A DNA stretch of 64,000 bases from Calditrichia bacterium (GTDB lineage: Bacteria > Calditrichota > Calditrichia > JAJRVZ01): contig CAWCNS010000007.1 of assembly GCA_963796965.1 (NCBI GenBank), positions 576,001 to 640,000 of the forward strand, in the 5' to 3' direction. Shown in pieces: positions 21,337 through 29,099 of the stretch. The position numbers and the translations under genes are program-made. The notes beneath the pieces are model-generated. The model ran no database searches. It was not told where the DNA came from and was given only the letters and a program-made list of their open reading frames with translations. Numbering within the stretch: position 1 is the stretch's first letter; each line of letters starts with the position of its first letter.

Positions 21337-22509
21337 CTATTTCACAAAGATCATCTTCCGAACTTGCTGAAACTCCCCCGCCCTGAGTTTATAATAATAA
21401 ATTCCGCTCGAAAAGGCGCTCGCATCCCACTGCACCTGATGAACGCCAGCCGATTGTCTTTCTGATACCAGTATAGAGATCTGCTCGCCAAATAAGTTAT
21501 AAATTCCAAGTTCTACGTAATTCGTAATTGGTAATTCGTAATTTATAATTGTTTTTGGGTTGAATGGATTAGGGTAATTTTGATTTAATTTAAATTTTTC
21601 CGGATTGTTTTTTCCATGCGGCATAATAGTATTAACAATACGTGGGTAAAAATAGAGATGGGGATGTGATCCTTCGCTAATGGTATAATAACCGGATAAA
21701 TCTGCGGCCCAACACACGGCTTCGCCCTGAGGTTCTCTGATGTAAGGTACAATTATCAGACTATCGCTCAATATCTCATCAATTGTTTGATCACCATCAG
21801 TATTCCAATAATACATCACATTATACTTCTTAATTAACATTTCCTCACCATCAGGAGAGATATCACCACCAACAGCCGTACTAAATGGCAAAGAACCTGC
21901 AAACTCCAGCGTATCCACATGGAAGGTTGGCGCCGCATAAAATGTGTAGGGCCAGGCCGCCCGATAAACCTTTGTGTTTGTTTCCTTTGAAACAATGTAA
22001 ATGTCCAGGTTTAAAGGATCGATCATTAACGTTTCCGCATTACGGTTTCCATCAGGATACTGGAACACCAATCTTTCGACACCATAAAGCACCGTATCAA
22101 TTGGAACCTGGTCGGCGGAAACATGAGGTTCACGAATACGATAGATATATTTACTCGTATACCGAGCAGAATTGTCCCCAATTTCACCGATATAAATATA
22201 GTGTTCTCCTGCAATCGGTCCGGGTCCAACCGTCATATCCTCCCAATCCCGATTCTGGATTCCGGCAATAGTGAAATTACCCAGATGTTTACCTTGTGAA
22301 TTAAAGGCAAACACGCGATTCTTGCCCCCTGAATCATTATGCGTCCAAAAAACATCCGGATTTTTTGAGCTTGCCGCCAGGCCGGAAGCTTCTACAATAT
22401 CATTTGATTCAATTGTCCCCATATCCACTCTCATGCCGAAATCCTGAGATAGGGCAAACTTGCATAAGAAAAAACAGATTAAGATGTGGTAAAAATACAT
22501 GCGTATCAA
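21337..22509 (-). CDS. Secreted beta-propeller-like protein with T9SS type-A sorting domain
   Basis: EASGLAAS, WTHNDSGG, DWED, IGEIGDN, NAETL, QGEAVCW; C-terminus LNQNYPNPFNPKT..SSGIYYYKL..RKMIFVK. Confidence 0.85.
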   Translation of the reverse strand: MIRMYFYHILICFFLCKFALSQDFGMRVDMGTIESNDIVEASGLAASSKNPDVFWTHNDSGGKNRVFAFNSQGKHLGNFTIAGIQNRDWEDMTVGPGPIAGEHYIYIGEIGDNSARYTSKYIYRIREPHVSADQVPIDTVLYGVERLVFQYPDGNRNAETLMIDPLNLDIYIVSKETNTKVYRAAWPYTFYAAPTFHVDTLEFAGSLPFSTAVGGDISPDGEEMLIKKYNVMYYWNTDGDQTIDEILSDSLIIVPYIREPQGEAVCWAADLSGYYTISEGSHPHLYFYPRIVNTIMPHGKNNPEKFKLNQNYPNPFNPKTIINYELPITNYVELGIYNLFGEQISILVSERQSAGVHQVQWDASAFSSGIYYYKLRAGEFQQVRKMIFVK

Positions 22510-22726
22510 TTTCAGATCCCAGGTTAAACTTTATATAACGGAGATTCTATCCGGGTATGGTAATACCGGATGCCTTATTCATTAAGGCTAAAAATCTACA
22601 AATTTATAATGAACCGATCAAAGATAAGAGTTTTCCTTGCCAGTGGCGCATCCGATTCCTTGACCACAGGATACGTATCGCTTGCATGGGGGATAGAATC
22701 AGGTTTAATGAACAGGAGTCTTTTAT

Positions 22727-23611
22727 TTAAGATAGGCTGGCTTCCACATCGGATCGGGTTGGAATTGATTCAGCCGCACCCTTTCTGGAGACACACATGG
22801 AAGCTGCTTTACAAGCAATTCTTAAAGAACTTTCCAGATCAGCACCGGAGCTCATCGAAGCGAGGAAATAACCGATAAAGGTATCTCCGGCTGCTGTTGT
22901 ATCGATTGCACTAACTTTGAAGGCTCTTTGTTCTATTTGTGTAAGGGAGTCTGCATAAATCGCGCCCTTCTCTCCCAGGGTAAGAACTATCTTGATATTG
23001 GGATAGGTGTTGAGCAGATTGTCAATGATCTTCTGAGGCATCTGTTCTCCACTCAATTCAGAGCCTTCGATAAGATTTAAAAACAGAATGTTTACAACTT
23101 CCAGGGGAAGCCTTCCAACTTCTGTAGTGATAGGCGCAGGATTATAGGCTACAGAAATCTTTCTCTCATGTGCTGTTTTAAGAATAGTTCCAATAGAGTT
23201 GATCTCATTCTGAAGGACAAGCCAATCACCCCGCTGGCAGGTTTTAACGACTTGGTCTATTTGATCTGAATCGATTGATTGGTTTGCCCCACCTTCAACG
23301 ATGATACAATTCTCACCATTGGGATTGACTTGTATTATCGCATGTCCGGTGGGTGAATTGCTAATCTTGACCAGGCTGATATCTACCCCAGCCTGACTAA
23401 GATAATCAAGTAATCGTTGACCATCTTCCCCAATTTTACCCGCGTGGATTACTTTTGCTCCCGCGCGGGCCAGAGCAATGGATTGGTTTAATCCCTTCCC
23501 ACCAAAATGCGTTTCGTATTGCATGCTGGCGACTGTTTCACCAGGTTGGACAAAGTGATCCACCCGGTACACATGGTCTATATTCAACGAACCGAAATTT
23601 ACTATTTTCAT
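22727..23611 (-). CDS. rbsK: Ribokinase (PfkB family)
   Basis: GSLNID, GGKGLNQ, LQNE, DTTAAGDTF. Confidence 0.9.
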   Translation of the reverse strand: MKIVNFGSLNIDHVYRVDHFVQPGETVASMQYETHFGGKGLNQSIALARAGAKVIHAGKIGEDGQRLLDYLSQAGVDISLVKISNSPTGHAIIQVNPNGENCIIVEGGANQSIDSDQIDQVVKTCQRGDWLVLQNEINSIGTILKTAHERKISVAYNPAPITTEVGRLPLEVVNILFLNLIEGSELSGEQMPQKIIDNLLNTYPNIKIVLTLGEKGAIYADSLTQIEQRAFKVSAIDTTAAGDTFIGYFLASMSSGADLESSLRIACKAASMCVSRKGAAESIPTRSDVEASLS

Positions 23612-23665
23612 TTATATAAAATGTTGCCTGTTTTCATTAATCTACAAAAGTGTTTATTTGTTTTT

Positions 23666-23762
23666 TAACCAAAAGGACACAAAGAAGGCACTAAGATCAC
23701 AAAGTTTTTATCAGGAACTTTTTCTTTGTGTACTCTGTGCCTTCTTTGTGATCTTTGTGGTA
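23666..23762. repeat. Short CACAAAG palindromic element
   Basis: Close match to 4069-4167. Confidence 0.85.
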
Positions 23763-23858
23763 AATCTTTTATCTTTTTTAAATCTGAACGGCAAGAAACG
23801 GACAGGTCCGAAGGGCGAGCAACAGGCTTCCCTTGATAGAATTTCAATGTTCTATCGA

Positions 23859-25283
23859 TTATTCCTCTTTGACTGGTATCGGCAAGAATGGTTTGAATAA
23901 GAACAATGAGATTACTCCTGCCAGGTACATGACAAGTCCGAATATGGCCGAGGTAAAAAATAGAGAACTATAAAAATCGCCCATGGCATCCTGGATAAGC
24001 AAGGCAATGGTCATGGCCAAAGAGGCATTACGCAGACCAGTCTCCAGCGATATCGCCCGCGTCTGGTAATTGTTAATACCAACCAGTTTTGAGATAAATA
24101 AACCAACCAGCATACCCAGCAAGGTCAAAGAAAATATAGTCCCATAAAATTTTACACCATACCGCGCCGTATCAGCAAAGGAGTTTAGATTGCTCAATAC
24201 ACCGGCAATAATCAATATTAGCAGGGCGACAATTCCTAATGCCGAAAATACAGGCACCGCTTTCTTGGCAAATCCATCCCACTTTTTCCGAACAGACATT
24301 CCGATTGCCAGGGGTAATATGACAAGGATCAGAATCGTCTGAACGACAATCTTAACCGGAATAGTAACTTCTGGCAGGTTGGTACAATACAAGGCCAACA
24401 GAAGTGGTGTAAATATGAGCGAAAACACGGTTGAGAAGGACGTTAATGATATGGAGAGGGCTACATCCCCCTTTGCATAATAGGTCATCAGATTGGATGT
24501 AACACCGCCTGGTGTGGCGGTTATCAATATCATACCCACATAAATAAAGGGAAAGTATTCATAAAATCCCACCAAATACCCTAAAACAAATGCCAGAAAA
24601 GGCATTACCCCAAATTGCAGGATCTCACCGATAATAATGCCTTTTGGTTTTTTGAATACCAGGGCAAATTCTTCCAGGGTTAAGGTTAAGCCCATCCCAA
24701 CCATGACAAAGAAGAGCATCAAAATGATGAAAATCTTAAATATCCTGTCCAGCATAACCGGGCTGGGCCTGGCAACAAACCGGGCAAATTCATAGTCCTG
24801 ACCATCGATGGTAGTTTTGACAACATCAACCTCAAACTCCAGTTTGCTCTCCATCATACCCTCTAATCCGGCGTAAGGGGAGTCGGCATCTTTGGAGATC
24901 ATCGACGGATCTTCCGGTAAGGCCAGGACAAACAACTCACCACTAAGTTTACGAACCAGATAAAGGGTATGTTTGGCCTCGGGCTTCTTTTCTGTTACAA
25001 GTTTTAGAACACGCAGGTTTCCGGCAAAGGCCATTTTGGTAGCCTTATTCCAGTCAATAGTAGTTGATTGCTCATTCAATACTTCAAACACTTTTATATC
25101 GCCTTTACCATTGGCAATTTGGGAGAGTTTTACATATAATTTTTCACCGGAATCAGTTTGGGCCTGTAACGAAACCGGCACTATAATCAAAAAGATCAAC
25201 AATAAGACACAAGACAAAAATGTATATCCTTTGGGCAAAATGATACCATTCTTCATGACAGGACTCTCCTTATGCTTGATCAT
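23859..25283 (-). CDS. Bile acid:sodium symporter family protein with extra N-terminal soluble domain
   Basis: MVGMGLTL, QFGVMP, PGGVTSN, GDVALSISLT, ISLETGLRN; ~175-aa extension with signal-like segment; start may be 25256. Confidence 0.88.
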   Translation of the reverse strand: MIKHKESPVMKNGIILPKGYTFLSCVLLLIFLIIVPVSLQAQTDSGEKLYVKLSQIANGKGDIKVFEVLNEQSTTIDWNKATKMAFAGNLRVLKLVTEKKPEAKHTLYLVRKLSGELFVLALPEDPSMISKDADSPYAGLEGMMESKLEFEVDVVKTTIDGQDYEFARFVARPSPVMLDRIFKIFIILMLFFVMVGMGLTLTLEEFALVFKKPKGIIIGEILQFGVMPFLAFVLGYLVGFYEYFPFIYVGMILITATPGGVTSNLMTYYAKGDVALSISLTSFSTVFSLIFTPLLLALYCTNLPEVTIPVKIVVQTILILVILPLAIGMSVRKKWDGFAKKAVPVFSALGIVALLILIIAGVLSNLNSFADTARYGVKFYGTIFSLTLLGMLVGLFISKLVGINNYQTRAISLETGLRNASLAMTIALLIQDAMGDFYSSLFFTSAIFGLVMYLAGVISLFLFKPFLPIPVKEE

Positions 25284-25416
25284 TTAGTGAGATGTGTTTG
25301 TGGGGAAGAATCTAATTATTAGAAAAATGCGTTGATGAGTGAAGATTAAATAAATTATCACTGTACATCAAATATAATTTTAATCAGATTTATTTTAATT
25401 TAATTACTGCCAGAGC

Positions 25417-25546
25417 CGGATAATGGTCACGCTCAAGCGGCCAGCCATAAATTTTTGTTAGTCACTGAATACCAGGTACGGCACAATGTGTTTTCTTCTA
25501 CGCTTGTCTTTAGATGCGACTTAGTCGGGGAAACGATGGTTAGTAA
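25417..25546 (-). mobile_element. Degenerate attC site downstream of the TA pair
   Basis: Minus strand: TTACTAAC 5 bp after the toxin stop ... GGCCGCTTGAGCGTGACC-ATTATCC (GTT core appears mutated to ATT). Confidence 0.45.
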
Positions 25547-25551
25547 TTGAT

Positions 25552-25850
25552 TTACTTTTTATCGATTTCACTTGACCGTATTAATCTATGTGATTCAAAA
25601 ACGGTCAGAATTTCTATCAAATCTGGTGATACTCTATAGACAATGCGATAATTTTTGAATATTATCTCTCGTAATTCGGGAAGTGAGAACTCGGGTACAA
25701 TTCTACCTTTATTTGGATGCTTTTTGAGGGACTCGTCTTTGTAATAATTTGTGTGATGAATCTATTGGCTCTGGTAGGGCTGTCGTCAGCGATAAACTCT
25801 TCAATACTGATCAATCTATTGACAAATTCGTGCGTCCATACAACTTTCAT
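25552..25850 (-). CDS. Type II toxin, RelE/ParE family; frameshift near 25735
   Basis: MKVVWT..IEEFIADDSPTRA then LKKHPNKGRIVPEF..LREIIFKNYRIVYRV..IEILTVFESHR. Confidence 0.88.
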
Positions 25851-26140
25851 TGATCGGCTCTTTTATTTCTCCTCCTGTTTAATTCATTTTCTAGCTGCTC
25901 TGTATCATATATATTTTTGTTGTCGGCATCTGCCAATCCACGATCCACGGAGTCAACAAATTGCCTTATTTCGTTAAGTCTGTCGTAGTCAGTTGGTGAT
26001 AAAACCACGGCTGCCGGTCGTCCATTTTGCGTCACCACAATTGGATGACCAGAAGATTTAGATTTTTCAATCCACTTTGATAGACTAGCCTTAAATTCAC
26101 CAATTGGTACTATATCATCTGCAACGCTAATGTTTTTCAT
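25847..26140 (-). CDS. Type II antitoxin, Phd/YefM family
   Basis: DIVPIGEFK, PIVVTQNGRPAAVVLSP; 4-bp overlap with the toxin start. Confidence 0.92.
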   Translation of the reverse strand: MKNISVADDIVPIGEFKASLSKWIEKSKSSGHPIVVTQNGRPAAVVLSPTDYDRLNEIRQFVDSVDRGLADADNKNIYDTEQLENELNRRRNKRADQ

Positions 26141-26197
26141 TATTATATTCCTTAAGTTTGTAATTAGACCCAAATATAGACCTAAATACAGGCTAAA

Positions 26198-26677
26198 TCA
26201 ATATTGTGCTGAAAAACTCACCCATTTTTTATCGTATTCTTTATGAAAAGTGCCTTTACGGTGAGCTAAATTGGGCCTCCAGCTTTCATCTTGTGTAACC
26301 ATAATCCAGGGTGAATTATGTCTAAAGTTAGATCCGAGCGGATCAAAACTTTCTCTGTCATCAATCCATGACTTCCATCTTACAGGAACATCATCTTCAA
26401 TAAGTCTTCCGGTACCTTTATCATAAAAGTTTAAATTAAAATTGTACATCTCTGCCACGATCGGAAGAAATTGAACATGGGTAAACTGGGTAATACTAAA
26501 TTGGCGAGGACTTACAAAACCCCGATAGTTAAACAATAAGGTATGATAATCTTCGAAATGAATATTTTCTCTATCCATTGCATAATATTCCGGTTCGGCT
26601 GGCGTGAAATTCTTCTGGGCAAAAACAGATAGAACCGAATTAATAATTATAAGTAGGGTAAAGAATTCTTTTTTCAT
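26198..26677 (-). pseudogene. N-terminal part of a secreted protein, apparently truncated
   Basis: Signal peptide (VFA-Q), 159 aa ending abruptly in the TA promoter region; truncation is inferred. Confidence 0.5.
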
Positions 26678-26723
26678 TTTTAACTCTTTAAATTATGTTA
26701 TTATCTGTCATTCCATTTTTTTA

Positions 26724-26747
26724 CATATAACGATGGAACTAAGCTGC
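26724..26747 (-). mobile_element. attC right half (L'-R')
   Basis: Minus strand GCAGCTTAGTTCCATC-GTTATATG, ~45 bp before the next start codon. Confidence 0.55.
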
Positions 26748-27038
26748 TGTAACTGCTGCAACGTGGTCCTGTGAAAAGTTTAGCCGGATGCTATCACTAT
26801 AACCCGGCGCAAATTCTGTTCCCGGCGTAACTGTTACACCTGCCTGATGGCGAAGCAGCCGTACAAACATATTTGGTTCACCATCATCAGCAGTAAGCCA
26901 AAGTGAGTCACTTCCATCAGAAAGATGGGCATCAAGAGTTGCCTCAACGTAGGCAAGCCCGTCTGAATCGAACTCGCCACTTTCTTGAATTATCTTGAGA
27001 ATCGACTCTTTGTCGCCGGGAATTGTTTTACGAATCAC
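26739..27038 (-). pseudogene. Chimera: GNAT-like N-terminus fused to a PLP aminotransferase C-terminal fragment
   Basis: MIRKTIPGDKESIL...WLTADDGEP followed by LLRHQAGVTVTPGTEF..SIRLNFSQ. Confidence 0.65.
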
Positions 27039-27056
27039 GTATCTTCTCCAATTATT

Positions 27057-27089
27057 GGGCTAACGCTCCGGTTCACGGACTGGTTCGCG
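27057..27089 (-). mobile_element. Internally deleted attC
   Basis: Minus strand GCGAACCAGTCCGTGAACCGGAGC-GTTAGCCC between the esterase end and the GNAT start. Confidence 0.55.
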
Positions 27090-27963
27090 TTTTCCGCTGT
27101 TGGCTTTCTCGGATTTGGTCAAGCTCATCAGGGCTTCCAATGTTGGCTCCATCCATGCTTTGTCCCAACGATGGCTAAAATTGAGACTATTATCATAGTG
27201 ATGCTTGATGCCTTCTTTCTCAAGCAGCATGTGGGCTTCGACTGTATGGGATCCCTTGTTGGTGGGCGTCTTCTTCAGTCTTGCCCCAGAGTTTCTCGCC
27301 GGTGAGAACGAGGCGGGTTTTTTCACTGAAAAAGGCCTTCTGTTTCGGAGCGAGCTGATCAAACTGAAATCTTTTGAGTTGCTCGATGGTCCCGTAGATA
27401 GATTCCATACCAAAGTAAAAACGATTAAACATCATCGGTGCATCCCATGCGGCGGCATAGCCGAAGAACTCGGGATAGGTCATGATCAGGCTGAAAGCGC
27501 CCCAGCCGCTTTTGCTGAATCCCAGAAGCAGGCGTCCCCCGGACGTTCCCAGCGTAGAATACCGTTTCTCTATAAAGGGAATCACAAACTCCTTCATATA
27601 GCTGGCCTGACGAACCTGTGGGTCGGTGGCATGGTCACCGAACCACGGCTCCTTCTCGAAGCCCATTTGAACAATGATCAGGTTGTAGCGATTATGGGCA
27701 TCCATTTTCTGAAGCACATCGAGTCCGAAACCGAACTCCGTCTCGAATCCCTTCTCAACGGGCAGCACATACAGAACGCGATAGGAGTGGTCTCTTGAAT
27801 AGTTGTCGGGAAGTAGTACCCGGATCTGCTGCTCGCCATTCTGGTATTCGCTTTGAATGAGATGGATCTCTATATCGGCTGCCTGGACAGTAGAATGGAA
27901 AAACAGAAAGGCCAGTGCAAATATGGCGTGGGCGAGAATACGGTTGGGGACCATGCTCTTCAC
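27060..27963 (-). CDS. Secreted esterase (alpha/beta hydrolase), GC-richer than neighbours; frameshift near 27250
   Basis: Signal peptide, RVLLPDNY, VIPFIEKRY, GFSKSGWG nucleophile elbow, SHRW in second frame; stop codon lies in the GTTAG core. Confidence 0.8.
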
Positions 27964-28043
27964 CTCTCTCTATTGATTGATTTTCAAAATTGTTATTTCC
28001 AATGGGCATTGATTTGCGCAGATTACAGGATTTGGATAAAAAG

Positions 28044-28177
28044 GTTTCACGCCGCACTTCACCGGCTAGCGGCATCAACCATTAACCTTGATAAACACGA
28101 AAAATATAATTCTTCTTCCTGATTTCAACCAATACACCGAGCCCGCACTCGTCGGTATGCAATCGCATTGTTATACG
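28044..28177 (-). mobile_element. Long attC site with mutated core
   Basis: Minus strand CGTATAACAATGCGATTGCATACCGAC...GCCGGTGAAGTGCGGC-GTGAAAC. Confidence 0.6.
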
Positions 28178-28392
28178 CCACACGTACAAACTTAAAATTA
28201 TTCTTATTGGCCCATTAATAGTTTTCTGCAAGATAAGATTGTATACTATTCTAAACAAGATTTATATCCTGTGGATAGAATTTTCACAGTTCTAAAAAAT
28301 CGTGAAGTCTATTTCAGATATGAGATAGGATTGAGCAAAATAAGGGGTCAAAACGGGTGTTTTGTTTCACATTTCAGGAAAGAAAGATGAAA

Positions 28393-28452
28393 TTATAACG
28401 TTTAAAGATCAGACACGGCGCTTAGCGCCGTTGCCTGAACGACTTGTTATCT
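28393..28452 (-). mobile_element. Canonical ~60-bp attC site
   Basis: Minus strand GATAAC-AAGTCG-TTCAGG-CAACGGCGC-TAA-GCGCCGTG-TCTGA-TCTTTAAAC-GTTATAA; the stop of an upstream fragment (..YIAEYEQR*) overlaps the inverse core. Confidence 0.8.
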
Positions 28453-28526
28453 TTGTTCGTACTCTGCAATATAACTTAAAGTCTTAATACCTGGACAATC
28501 AACAGTAGTGATGTTAGTATTGCGAA

Positions 28527-29064
28527 GACTGTCGAAAAACCCCGGTTCCGATAAATTCATTTGTAATCAAACACTTATTTTTCTAGATTATTAAAACGTC
28601 TCAGATGTGGGGTTACTAATGGCAAAATACAAAAAATATGACTACAATCAAACCGTTTTACTCCCACATTAATTATCACACCAACTGCAGGAAGGTACAC
28701 TTGAATTCTACATCAATAATATTGTCAATGATAAGATTGATATGACGGTAAGGTCATTTACTCCAAACGTCTTGCCACGGTAGAACCTGTGTTTGCCAAT
28801 ATCCGTAGTCAAAAGAGATTAGATCGCTTTACTTATCGGGGTAAAGTAAAAGTAAATATCCAATGGATGATGAATTGCATGGTGTACGATATAGAGAAAA
28901 TTATGAATTATGGACTTACTGATTAAAGATAACATTATAAAATGATATAACTCTGAATGGTAAAACAAAAATAAGCGATATATAACAGATAAAATAGAAA
29001 TATTAAATATATTGAATCATTTCTCAGTAAAAACAGCTAATAAATTGACTTATTCGACAGTCTC
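28527..29064 (+). mobile_element. Internally deleted IS1182-family element
   Basis: Terminal IRs GACTGTCGAA / TTCGACAGTC; transposase start MAKYKKYDYNQTVLLP joined to C-terminus KRLATVEPVFANIRSQKRLDRFTYRGKVKVNIQW. Confidence 0.85.
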
Positions 29065-29099
29065 AACGGTCATGAATCACACGATTCAGAATCGTGCAG

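Noticed and set aside
27205..27798. Long antisense ORFs (also 46647-47249, 15484-16023, 58767-59315)
   Set aside because: Shadow frames opposite well-supported genes, with no recognisable motifs.
28178..28392. Protein-coding cassette between two attC sites
   Set aside because: No convincing ORF; AT-rich, either non-coding or decayed.
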